From positions 42,759-106,758 of the IMG/VR virus record IMGVR_UViG_3300009179_000175: a DNA stretch of 64,000 nt. One strand, 5' to 3'. The position numbers and the translations under genes were made by a program. The notes under the pieces are model-generated. The model had not been told where the DNA came from. It saw only the letters and a list, made by a program, of their open reading frames with translations, and made no database searches. The DNA is from a virus. Of this stretch, positions 17,522 to 26,681 are shown piece after piece (position 1 is the first letter of the stretch; each line of letters starts with the position of its first letter).

Positions 17522-18280
17522 TTAACTATTTAGCGGTTCTAGCAGATACTTCGCCAACACCGAGCCGATGGTGGCATTGACGACTTCCTTCATGTTAGCA
17601 CGCATACGAGCCTTTTTCACCTCACCGAGCAAGTCGTCGATGCGTTTGAGGGCATTCGCCTTCTGAAGACTGGTGATGGCTCCACTGAACGATACGGTAG
17701 TGAAGGAGCCGACCACTTCGTCTTTGCTGACCTTCTCGATTTGAGCGGGATGCTCCTTGGTGGCTTCGTAGAGAACTACCGGGGTAACCACTCTTTCCGT
17801 CTTAGTCGTGACATCTGGTCGAGAAGCAATCCAGACGCCTTCGCGGACCGTGCTCTTCTGCCACTCACGAGAGGCATCGAGAGTCGGAATCTGCTGGAAG
17901 ATTTCGCGGATCTTCGTGAGGCGAGTTTCCAGTCCCATCAACTCATCGACCGGTACATCATCGACCACGGTATCGCCGATAGGCAGACTGGTCGTAGCCT
18001 TCTGGTTAGTGATGTTCTTGCGTATTTGAGTATCTTCATAGGAAGCCCAGCGGTCGAATAGGTACTCGAGAGTCTCATTGACAGTGGTGACCACATCTTT
18101 GGTCTCGCTACCTGCCTTCTCGATAGCTTCGTTTTCAGGGCTATCCTGGATCATCTTCAGACTCTTCACCCATCCCTTGAAGTAGTGGTCGCGCCCGAAT
18201 TTATTCTGGGTATCTTGCACCAGAGTAGTGAATTGAGTTTGCTGGTTCTTTTCGATTGCGAGTAATTCGTGTAGTTTCAT
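17522..18280 (-). CDS. uncharacterised conserved protein upstream of the permuted tRNA-like RNAs
   Basis: 252 aa, helical termini, DVPVDELMGLE and EATKEHPAQIE...VVG..SG motifs recalled from an uncharacterised bacterial/phage family (unverified). Confidence 0.8.
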   Translation of the reverse strand: MKLHELLAIEKNQQTQFTTLVQDTQNKFGRDHYFKGWVKSLKMIQDSPENEAIEKAGSETKDVVTTVNETLEYLFDRWASYEDTQIRKNITNQKATTSLPIGDTVVDDVPVDELMGLETRLTKIREIFQQIPTLDASREWQKSTVREGVWIASRPDVTTKTERVVTPVVLYEATKEHPAQIEKVSKDEVVGSFTTVSFSGAITSLQKANALKRIDDLLGEVKKARMRANMKEVVNATIGSVLAKYLLEPLNS

Positions 18281-18495
18281 AGTTTCACCTCATTTAATGG
18301 TTTGACATCACCAACATAATTTCGAATAGGTACGATAACTTCTGCATTGGCATTGAAGATATCCGGATGATAGGCTACCCTAAATGCCAGAGAGTCTAAC
18401 TCTTCTGTTACAGTAGAGTGGTTTAAGATGATTTCGCAGATGCGCTTTATCATTCCAAGAGTCACATTATCCATCGGACAGTTCCTTTTGGTTTA

Positions 18496-19683
18496 TCAAA
18501 ATCGAGCAAAAGACCATTCGGTTAAAGAGTCCCCTGCTGCCGAATAAGATCGAATATTGAACTCCTGATCCATCTTATCGATGAACTGATCGTAATCAGT
18601 GATAATAAATCTACCATCGCGATCGATGTATTTAGCGTTCTCGCCTTTTACGATATGATCGCAGCAGGTTAAGACTTTATACTTGGTGGTATTCTTGGGG
18701 TGAGAAACCTGATCCCATCGAATAGCACGTTGTATGTCATACAGGTTAAGCGGTGCCAACCTCAGAGTTCCTTGGAACTCGTTCGGTACGTTCGTTTCAT
18801 CCGACATCGAGATACCGGGTAACGAATGATTTTCATCGGGAAGAGGACCGGCACCGTGTCGGGTTGTGTAGCAGCGGCTAAGATAGTAGACATGAGTAGG
18901 TACCTGATTAAACCAGCCCAGACTCTTCATCATCTTACCGATGTTTCTAAAACCGGTATTGGAGCGCGTGACGTTTGGAAACTCACCGAACTCTTGATCG
19001 AGCATCAACCCCTGTCCGTTCTCGAAGATAACGGTCTCATAATTCTTAAAAGTGTCTTTCCAAGTCTCCGTCTTCTCGCAGAATTCGTTGCAGTCATCGA
19101 TGAACATCTCCAGCATCTCCTTATGAATGAAGAAGTCGTGCGCTTGCTCCATAAAAGAGTTGATAGGTTTGGGCAGACGATTTTGACACCAGGTTCTGAT
19201 CTCCGTCAGCCTCTTGTAATTGGTGCCGGTGGTAATGTCTCTGTAGGAGAGAGTCAGTCCTCTTTCCACTCTTTCCAAGGTAACACCGAATCCGGTTCCC
19301 GTAGATCCATGACGACCGTCGCCCCTACTCATCTCCAAGCATTGGTTGAGCAGCATATCGAAGGGGGTAGTAACCTGAGCTTGAGACTCGATATAGACTT
19401 TGGGGTTCAACCCGGCGTTTCTACCTTTCGTCTCCTTCAGATAGAGCATCGGATTGACGACCGTATTTCGAGTGAAGAGTGTCGGGGCTCCTCTCAGAGT
19501 ACCGGAGCCGAGATGACTGAAGATGCGCCTCTTATCACCAACCACGACGGTATGCCCCACTTGAGCGCCACCGTTGTTTCTGACGACTATAGGCTTCTCA
19601 CTGGTTCTTACCAGATAGTCCGTCCACATCCCCTTGCCTTCATCACCATACCCTGCTCCGATTACGGCTTTCACTTGCATCAT
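18496..19683 (-). CDS. purA: divergent adenylosuccinate synthetase-like protein
   Basis: IGAGYGDEGKG, RNNGGAQVGHT, FENGQGLMLD, SRCYTTRHGAGP; keeps the Asp of GDEGKG, so not PurZ-type. Confidence 0.8.
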   Translation of the reverse strand: MMQVKAVIGAGYGDEGKGMWTDYLVRTSEKPIVVRNNGGAQVGHTVVVGDKRRIFSHLGSGTLRGAPTLFTRNTVVNPMLYLKETKGRNAGLNPKVYIESQAQVTTPFDMLLNQCLEMSRGDGRHGSTGTGFGVTLERVERGLTLSYRDITTGTNYKRLTEIRTWCQNRLPKPINSFMEQAHDFFIHKEMLEMFIDDCNEFCEKTETWKDTFKNYETVIFENGQGLMLDQEFGEFPNVTRSNTGFRNIGKMMKSLGWFNQVPTHVYYLSRCYTTRHGAGPLPDENHSLPGISMSDETNVPNEFQGTLRLAPLNLYDIQRAIRWDQVSHPKNTTKYKVLTCCDHIVKGENAKYIDRDGRFIITDYDQFIDKMDQEFNIRSYSAAGDSLTEWSFARF

Positions 19684-19700
19684 TATATCACCTCATTGGA

Positions 19701-20579
19701 TTATAAACTGCCTGGCATAGGCACCACGCTCATTGTCGATCCGGTGCTCATCTCTCTGATACCGAAGATGGTGTATCGAGTGTCTTGCGACGGTCCCATT
19801 TCGAGAAGTTCTCCTGAACCGAAGTTGATTGTCAGCTTGCTCGGTGGTGGTCCATCGATAATCGTGTCTTTAATGATATACGGATCCGTCTTGTTAGCTG
19901 CGCGCGGCTCCACTTCACTGATGAACGACTCATAAACCTTATTGAAATCCTGGTTAGTCATCTTGATGATGGTTTCCTTGATGCGCGTCTGCTCTCTCAC
20001 GTTGCTGTATAGGTAGCCCTTCGCGGTAAAGGAAAAGTCCCATTGGATGGTTCTTCGTGTTTCAAAGGAGCCTTGGTAATCTATCACGAAGCTGGTGTTA
20101 TTCAGTACAACCGGGATATCTGTCGATATGTCGAAGTCTTCTTTATCTCTGATGGTTATGTTCAGGTCAGGAGTAAAGAAAGGTACGATCTGCTCGACTA
20201 TCTTTAAACTATCTTCGAACTTGCGAGCGGCAAGATACAAGTTGAAGGCAAAATTGTAGGGCACTCTGTTAAACATGTAGCGAGATTCCGAATCCGTCCT
20301 ATGCGTCATTCGGCTCATAGGATTTAGCATTCGCGTGGAATCGAAATCGACAGAAATCAGTTCGAACCCAAATCTTGGAAGAGTGGTATCCGTGTCCAGG
20401 GCGTTATCGTAGTCGGGTTTGACTTGTATGAATTCTACGAACTTCTCTCTGGGTGCGTAGTGCAAGGGAACCAGTACCTCTTGTCCGTAATCGTTGACAT
20501 AGATAACATCGGAGAAGATCGTACCGAAGGCGGCAATCACGTTTTTAACGGTTTGATAATAGAAAAATGATGGTCTCAT
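19701..20579 (-). CDS. gp15: tail sheath stabiliser/completion protein (T4 gp15-like)
   Basis: FYYQTVK...FGTIFSD, VPLHYAPREK, TLPRFGFEL, QIVPFFTP, RRTIQWDFSF..KGYLY. Confidence 0.9.
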   Translation of the reverse strand: MRPSFFYYQTVKNVIAAFGTIFSDVIYVNDYGQEVLVPLHYAPREKFVEFIQVKPDYDNALDTDTTLPRFGFELISVDFDSTRMLNPMSRMTHRTDSESRYMFNRVPYNFAFNLYLAARKFEDSLKIVEQIVPFFTPDLNITIRDKEDFDISTDIPVVLNNTSFVIDYQGSFETRRTIQWDFSFTAKGYLYSNVREQTRIKETIIKMTNQDFNKVYESFISEVEPRAANKTDPYIIKDTIIDGPPPSKLTINFGSGELLEMGPSQDTRYTIFGIREMSTGSTMSVVPMPGSL

Positions 20580-20588
20580 GTGATTTCC

Positions 20589-21269
20589 TTATAAGTTACC
20601 AAACGGATTCTTCTCTGAAAAATCTAACAGTTGAGGCTTGACGCTCTCGATATCTTGATTGGCAGCAATCTGCAAATTAGACTCATTGCTGTTCTGAAAG
20701 TTTTGAACATCGACATCGTTAGATTTGGTTTCGAACTTCTCATAGGAAGCCACAAAGAGTTGGCACATCACTTGAAAGACGAAGTATCGACCTAAGGGCC
20801 AGTTAGGAACTTCGTGCTTGACATAGGTGATCTCCATCAGGCTGTAAGTGAATTGCGGATCGATATGAGTTTCCGGTCCAGCCGATCCCGACGGTCCCAC
20901 CATCAGTAAATCGCCTTCCAGCGGTCTAACCAGCCTATCGGGTATTTTGAGGTCTCTGAACATCCTCTTGCTGATAACCCATTCGCTGGTATTCATGAAT
21001 CGTAAACCAAACTGCGTCATCATGTCGCCGTCACCTCCATATCCTTCGGGTGTGGTCAAACGACACGCTATCGGGTAATAACGATCATAAAGAGTCTTAT
21101 AGGGCTCACCTAAAATCTTATCGACAGATTCATAGGTTTTAGGAATGAAAAGACATTCGGTTCCAGCTATTCGGATCTCTTCATCGATGAAATCGGCATA
21201 AAAGTTCTGCTCGTTCGTCTGATGATAGAAATCAAAATAAGGATTCAGTGTGTTGTGAGGTGATGACAT
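20589..21269 (-). CDS. gp14: neck protein (T4 gp14-like)
   Basis: NPYFDF, EQNFYAD...E.I.IAG, LGE, QFGL, PLEGDL motifs; adjacent to gp15. Confidence 0.85.
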   Translation of the reverse strand: MSSPHNTLNPYFDFYHQTNEQNFYADFIDEEIRIAGTECLFIPKTYESVDKILGEPYKTLYDRYYPIACRLTTPEGYGGDGDMMTQFGLRFMNTSEWVISKRMFRDLKIPDRLVRPLEGDLLMVGPSGSAGPETHIDPQFTYSLMEITYVKHEVPNWPLGRYFVFQVMCQLFVASYEKFETKSNDVDVQNFQNSNESNLQIAANQDIESVKPQLLDFSEKNPFGNL

Positions 21270-21276
21270 TATTGGT

Positions 21277-21320
21277 CTCCTTACGGCGTCTTTTAATATG
21301 TATTTATACGCCGTAAGGAG
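21277..21320 (-). promoter_or_regulatory. late promoter inside a 12-bp RBS-sequestering inverted repeat
   Basis: CTCCTTACGGCG / CGCCGTAAGGAG perfect repeat; TATAAATA (21301-21308) in the loop; downstream arm contains the gp14 SD. Confidence 0.85.
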
Positions 21321-21538
21321 ATCTTCGCTGCTTAACCGATGACCACGGTGGCAGTCATGAGCTCGATGTTGGAGATCAGCTCGACATCGTTGTCGGGGAA
21401 GTTCTGTCTGAAGATATCGAAGACCTTATCGACAGAATCGGTTACGATTAACGCATTCAGATCGACGGATTCCTTCCCATCTTTCTTGTTCCACCAAAAA
21501 ACGTTATAAGCTCTCATCATAGATTATCTTCTCCTGTG

Positions 21539-22474
21539 TTAGATTCTCTTTACACCACGCCCGGTGGTAACGGTTGGATGAATGGTCATCTCGCCGGTAC
21601 CGACACCGTCCAGGGCTCTCGATACAACCATACCCGTTGCACCACTCCAGCTCTTCAGCACTTCGGCTTTATCGGCGCCCTCGTTTAGCTGAATGGTGCT
21701 GACGATCACTTCGCTCAGGTTGTTATAGTCTTCCAACCAGATGGCGTTCTGTCCCATAACCGCGCGCCACGAGGATTTCACTTGATCGGGATACGAGCGA
21801 GCGTGACTACCTTGAGCGATTATGATGTGATAGCAGTGATACATCTTTTGCGCTTGAGCCAGCGTATCCGCGAAAGGCATATCCTGCGTCATCTCGTCGC
21901 CGATGAACTTCTCCACCTGCTTGGCGAACGTCTTGGGCGGCGCTTCCTCATCACCGATGGTGAAGATATAGCCCTTCTTGAATCGCTTCTCCCAGGAATC
22001 GATCGAAGTATGATTCGCCGCGAAGTAGTATGGTAGATCGTAAGATTCGTATCGATTGCCACCGCCGCCATGCTCGATATAGAGCTTTTCGAGCCATTTG
22101 GCGATAGTCAAGTCGGCTTCGAACTGACTGACCTGCAATGGAGATGAATCGTAAGCGGCGTCGCCGATGCCCATAACCATCATATGCGGGTCGGTAATCG
22201 GCTTGCGGTTTAACAGCTCTTCGAAGAAGGTACCGATGCCCTTGCGGACCAGATGATCGGCAATCATACCCATAGACCCCGTTACATCGCAACCGACGAT
22301 GATCGGTGTGCTATTAGGGTTGAAGTCCGAATCGCGGCTCTCTCTCACCAGCACCTTATACGGATTGAGATCGGTATCGATAGTGCTTTTGGTGAAGATC
22401 TCTGCCGTGCTTTTGGTTGCTGTCGTAGCAGAATACGACGTCCAATCTCGTGTAGACCATGTCGAATAACCCAT
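21539..22474 (-). CDS. vWA (MIDAS) domain protein
   Basis: IIVGCDVTGSMG, GIGDA, GGGGNRYESY, IFTIGDE motifs. Confidence 0.8.
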   Translation of the reverse strand: MGYSTWSTRDWTSYSATTATKSTAEIFTKSTIDTDLNPYKVLVRESRDSDFNPNSTPIIVGCDVTGSMGMIADHLVRKGIGTFFEELLNRKPITDPHMMVMGIGDAAYDSSPLQVSQFEADLTIAKWLEKLYIEHGGGGNRYESYDLPYYFAANHTSIDSWEKRFKKGYIFTIGDEEAPPKTFAKQVEKFIGDEMTQDMPFADTLAQAQKMYHCYHIIIAQGSHARSYPDQVKSSWRAVMGQNAIWLEDYNNLSEVIVSTIQLNEGADKAEVLKSWSGATGMVVSRALDGVGTGEMTIHPTVTTGRGVKRI

Positions 22475-22485
22475 CGTTTTTACCC

Positions 22486-23502
22486 CTATCGGTAGATGTC
22501 ATTGAATGTGATTGGTAAATCTAACCTCGGTAGATCCTTTACGATCTTACTCCATTCACCATACTCCTTGATAGTGCTCTCCGAATGAGGTGATCGGAGA
22601 AAAGTGATCAGCGGTTGGTACTTCTTTCCCATCTTCAATAGCTTGGAGCCGACCATCGTCTCGTCGCCCAGGAGTCGGATTCCAAGTGTCTTGATAGCGA
22701 TCTGGTCGATAGCCGGTGCGGCTTTCTTAGCCTTGATGATACTGTTAGGCAGTATCGGAATGATCCAGTTGGGAAGAGCTTTGAGAGTACCGTTGAGTGT
22801 TTCGGTGAACCACCAACCGCCCAAGACATGCACGGTTCGGAACTTGGGATTGATGAAGACCGAGTCCGGTTCTAATCCACCGAACATCTTGTTCTGCACC
22901 TGGTGCATCAGAAGAACGAAGTTATAAACTCCTTCGAGAATCCAAGTCAAATGCCCCGGCTCCACTTCCACTTTCGCCTCGAGTATGTCCGCGAGGTCGA
23001 TTTGATCGGAGCCTTTATAGACGGTAAAGACACCACCGTCATTGGTTTCATACGCCTTTAGTTCTTTAGGTGTCAGACGATTGAAGTTGGCTTCGAGCAT
23101 CTTGGAGGGAAAGCGAATGCTCTGAATAGCCTTCACTGCAGAGCGAAACAGGTCCATGTTATCTTCGGACACTCTGAACGCCACCATCTTCTTACCGATA
23201 TACATCTCTCCGACATCGGTCGGTCTCGACTTCTGATATCTGAAGTGGAATGTTCTCTTGGCGCCGTTGTTCTCTTCAATCTTTAGAACCTTTCCATACT
23301 CACCGCCTACCCATTTATCGTATAGAGCGTTGATGTGGGTCATTACCTTACTGGCGTCCGAGCTATGATTCCTATCGGTATGCCATTCTTTCGAAAGACG
23401 ACGATGCTTCTCCTTGGCATCGGCTTCGGAAAGCGAGCCAAAAAGATCATAGGAGTCGGTAATTTTTAAGATTTCGGTAGAGGTTAAACTCATGGATATC
23501 AC
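22486..23502 (-). CDS. J-domain-like N-terminus fused to a kinase-like domain
   Basis: KHRRLSKEWHTDRN (HPD-like); C-terminal FGGLEPDSVFINP..VHVLGGWWF resembles a degenerate kinase lobe. Confidence 0.6.
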   Translation of the reverse strand: MISMSLTSTEILKITDSYDLFGSLSEADAKEKHRRLSKEWHTDRNHSSDASKVMTHINALYDKWVGGEYGKVLKIEENNGAKRTFHFRYQKSRPTDVGEMYIGKKMVAFRVSEDNMDLFRSAVKAIQSIRFPSKMLEANFNRLTPKELKAYETNDGGVFTVYKGSDQIDLADILEAKVEVEPGHLTWILEGVYNFVLLMHQVQNKMFGGLEPDSVFINPKFRTVHVLGGWWFTETLNGTLKALPNWIIPILPNSIIKAKKAAPAIDQIAIKTLGIRLLGDETMVGSKLLKMGKKYQPLITFLRSPHSESTIKEYGEWSKIVKDLPRLDLPITFNDIYR

Positions 23503-23515
23503 CTTTTAAAGTGCT

Positions 23516-23544
23516 ATTATAGCAGGTAATGGCGTGCTTGTCAA
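23516..23544 (-). promoter_or_regulatory. sigma70 promoter for the J-kinase/vWA pair
   Basis: TTGACA-N17-TATAAT with extended -10. Confidence 0.75.
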
Positions 23545-23888
23545 GCCTTGACGCACTTTTCAATTCGAACGAGGTTAGGCTTCCAGCTGAACCAGGTGTT
23601 GCGCCAGCCATAAGTGGTGAGGGTGCATTTGGCGCCGGAGACGAGCTTGCCGCTCAATACGCCACTGTTCATTTTGAGGATGAAGAGATTATCTTCGTTT
23701 CGGATGACGCCCCATTCGAAGGGGTCTTCGGCGAGGAGGACTTCGGTGCCACCGGACGAACTTCTGTTGACTTGATTGATGGTGGCTTCGAATGTTTCTT
23801 GCGTGGTAAGATAATAACCGATGCTACAGGCTGCCGGGATAACCACGAATACCAATGCAGCCCCTAAAACCAAACCTTTCAGAGTCAT
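23541..23888 (-). CDS. membrane-anchored/secreted conserved phage protein
   Basis: N-terminal hydrophobic segment; C.LTTYGWR..WFSW.PN motif. Confidence 0.65.
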   Translation of the reverse strand: MTLKGLVLGAALVFVVIPAACSIGYYLTTQETFEATINQVNRSSSGGTEVLLAEDPFEWGVIRNEDNLFILKMNSGVLSGKLVSGAKCTLTTYGWRNTWFSWKPNLVRIEKCVKA

Positions 23889-23917
23889 AACTATCACCTC
23901 TCTCATTGATTAACATC

Positions 23918-24009
23918 TGGCGGAGAATGTGGGATTCGAACCCACGGAGCCAGTTACCTGGCTCGACGGTTTAGCAAACCGCTGGTTTAAGCCTCTCACC
24001 CAACTCTCC
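23918..24009 (-). tRNA. tRNA-Ser(GCT)
   Basis: Canonical class II cloverleaf, CCA. Confidence 0.95.
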
Positions 24010-24263
24010 AGAATTTTTTAAACACCGTATAAATTAGATACAAGAAGAATGAAATAACCGCAGCGGCAGACATCAACTTGATGAATGTTAAGACGACGAT
24101 TATCAAATTGAAGACGATTCCTTCCATTTCAAATGATTCGCATAAGCCTGTTGCTGTCTGATCTGTTCTTGAAGACGCTGGATCTCCTCTTTCAATTGCT
24201 TGTCTTTCTCATCAGTTCCGGGTTTCGGCTTGCTTGCTCATAGCATCCTCCTCGATAGGATAG

Positions 24264-24354
24264 TGGCGGAGAGTGAAGGAGTCGAACCTTCAAACCCTTT
24301 TCGGGGTCAAACAGCTTTCAAGGCTGCGCCATTCGCCAATGTGGTAGACTCTCC
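24264..24354 (-). tRNA. tRNA-Ser(TGA)
   Basis: Class II cloverleaf, loop CT-TGA-AA, CCA. Confidence 0.9.
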
Positions 24355-24549
24355 ATTCATGATGAATACGACGGTTTTAACGGTTTAGGTTTGAACCTCA
24401 TCTGGTTCTTCTCTATCAGACGACTAACACCAATAAAGACACTCTTTATGTAGATACCATAATAAATCATGTAAAGCCCTCTCTTCTCGATATCGAAGGG
24501 GACAGCTACTCCACAAAGTATATCAACATATTTGAACATGGTTTTGATC

Positions 24550-24861
24550 TCATTTGCGTGGACCGTATATCTTCACATCTTCTGGATGCGCCGGCTTATC
24601 GACCATCTTCGTTGTGATGCCTTTTCTTTTGCTTGAATCAACAGAAATGGTGGTGGTTCTTACCTTATTAGAAGGTGTCAAGTGATGTATGACATGAGAT
24701 CCTATTCCATTCGATCCATGATGGAGAATGGTATGACCATTGGTTTTGAGAACCGCGGTGTGAACGTGAACCATCTCCGAAGGCGGTCTTCTATGAAACG
24801 AAACATGCGTGGTTTCGTTAAGAAACGATTCAGCTATAAAATAAGTCTCTTCTTGTAACAT
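24550..24861 (-). CDS. small basic protein, possible internal head protein
   Basis: FIAESFLNE near the N-terminus; AATAAATA upstream. Confidence 0.5.
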   Translation of the reverse strand: MLQEETYFIAESFLNETTHVSFHRRPPSEMVHVHTAVLKTNGHTILHHGSNGIGSHVIHHLTPSNKVRTTTISVDSSKRKGITTKMVDKPAHPEDVKIYGPRK

Positions 24862-24896
24862 CGTATTCTCCTGTGGTTATGGTGTTATTATCTCTA

Positions 24897-25266
24897 TTAT
24901 TTATTCGCATAGAAAACATGGTTTCCGTATATTCCTCACCTTCTTCTTATGCCTTACCAGAGCGTCGGGATGGCACTTCTTCGGATTGAAGAAGAAGGTG
25001 GCTCCTTTTATACTGTCCGCGGATTTCAGAGATAACTCAGCTATCTTCTTCGACTTTTCCCAAGCCGGACCTTTCGGAATAGAATAGCGATGTCGTGTCC
25101 AAGAGAATTGGCCTTTCTTAAAAACTTCGTGACAAATATCTGTTTGATTTTCTTTAGCTCTGTTAATGGTAACATGAGCAACGGCAAGTTGACCTTCAAC
25201 TGGCTCACCACGTGCTTCAAAATGAACATTGAGTGCCAGACAAAGAAGGGCTGCGTGTAGTATCAT
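24897..25266 (-). CDS. cell wall hydrolase (SleB/Hydrolase_2 family), C-terminus shifted by one extra base
   Basis: CLALNVHFEARGEP..GQLAVAHVTINR, QFSW; canonical IYGNHVFY lies in the +1 frame after 24934. Confidence 0.85.
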
Positions 25267-25434
25267 AGTGCTGCCTCCTATCGAAAGGAGCAGACACCAT
25301 AGACAAGTAGAATATCATAAGCTACTCCTTTTCTTTACTCTAACCGTTACAGGAGTTTTGGAATACGGTTACGAGCAGTTGTAAGAAAACCCAGCCCCTC
25401 AACTGTAAGAAACTGGTGCGAACGTCTATTTATG

Positions 25435-25531
25435 AACGACGCCGGATTCAAACCGGTTTTTAGCCGACACCCGGGTTGTTGGGATTCAAACCCAAATTTA
25501 CGCTTTATCAGAGCGTAGGCTTTGCGTCGTT
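25435..25531 (-). ncRNA. tRNA-derived structured element (GAT anticodon arm plus two T-like arms)
   Basis: Closing AACGACG/CGTCGTT; TACGCT-CTGATAA-AGCGTA; TTGGG-TTTGAAT-CCCAA; CCGG-TTTGAAT-CCGG. Confidence 0.45.
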
Positions 25532-25536
25532 TTGAT

Positions 25537-25614
25537 TGGTGCCGCTCCCTGGATTCGAACCAGGCACCTCTCGATTATCGGTCGAGTGCTCTAAACCAAA
25601 TGAGCTAGAGCGGC
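25537..25614 (-). tRNA. tRNA-Ile(GAT)
   Basis: Cloverleaf, loop CC-GAT-AA (C33), CCA. Confidence 0.9.
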
Positions 25615-26014
25615 TTATGATCTTCCCGTGTTACGCTGTTCTCTACCGAACTGGAGCGCGTTTACGATAAACGGATCGATGTTACCATCCATCGCAGTCT
25701 CCACAGGCATCGAGATTCTTCCGTCTGTGGCTACGTTCCTTTCGAAGTGATACGTTCTGACCACTTCAGTCGATCCGCGTCTCTCTTCGACTTCGGTGCA
25801 GTAGAGCGCGATCAGCTTCTTTGCGAGATTCGTGAACGCTTCTCGCTGGTTGCTAAAGTCGGTCTCGTTGTGATTGCCCCGTACACATCAACCCGCTTTC
25901 GATGTGGGTAATACGGCAGCAGTTCTGGTGCTTGTTGCGATACTGCCCGCCAGCACCAGTTCCGGAGAACCATTCCAGCTTGAAATCCTTTTTAGTCAAA
26001 TGCAACTCTTTCAT
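25615..26014 (-). CDS. class I release-factor-domain protein (GGQ; ArfB/PrfH-like), split by CTT-TAG-C and restored by +1 shift
   Basis: 53 codons MKEL...SGTGAGGQYRNKHQNCCRITH...QSQRDRL, then 79 codons in +1 frame SNQREAF...VRTYHFER...MDGNIDPFI; missed by the ORF track. Confidence 0.85.
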
Positions 26015-26028
26015 ATCAGTCTCCTTAG

Positions 26029-26103
26029 TGGAGCCCTCACTTGGACTTGAACCAAGTTCTGCGGCTTACGAAACCGCCGCATCACCATCAATGCTTCGAG
26101 GGC
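26029..26103 (-). tRNA. tRNA-Thr(CGT)
   Basis: Cloverleaf, CCA. Confidence 0.9.
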
Positions 26104-26428
26104 AATCAATCTCCGTTGGGTTGAAAGCAGCGAGTGTCCATATCCGCTTCCGTTCGAGGATAGTTGGAATAGAAAAGATTGGGATCAATGGGTTTGACAG
26201 GCTTTAACTTCTCATCCGAGATCGCATTATAGAAGCCCTCGGTGTCCGAGAGAACGGGTGGCTTGGTTTTCAACTTCCTACCCAATGCCATTTGGACGAC
26301 AGAATGCTCGGCTAATTCTGCGAGCAACGACGCATCCTCATCATTGAGATCGGTAGCTTCCAAGAGACTCACTGCGAGTTGAAGGATGAGTACAGCTCGA
26401 TTAAGCTCGGTTCTATCGGATTCGGTAC

Positions 26429-26572
26429 TCATCGACCCTGCCCTCGATATGGCTTCTTGTTACGCTTGTCATTCTTCGACTTGTAACGAGTGTTCTTGCT
26501 GGCACCATCACTGGTCTTCTTAGGAACGCGCTCCTTCTTCACATTCGCAGTTAGCGTCTTCACCTTAGCCAT
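26429..26572 (-). CDS. small basic protein ending KPYRGQGR
   Basis: 47 aa, Lys/Arg-rich; C-terminal motif recalled from T4-like phages. Confidence 0.65.
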   Translation of the reverse strand: MAKVKTLTANVKKERVPKKTSDGASKNTRYKSKNDKRNKKPYRGQGR

Positions 26573-26603
26573 TCATCGACTCCTCATGATTGCGTGATAT
26601 GTA

Positions 26604-26679
<76 letters not shown>

Positions 26680-26681
26680 AT

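Noticed and set aside
18496-19683. PurZ / 2-aminoadenine (Z-DNA) pathway
   Set aside because: Retains GDEGKG Asp rather than the PurZ-type Ser, and no dATPase or MazZ partner was seen in the window.
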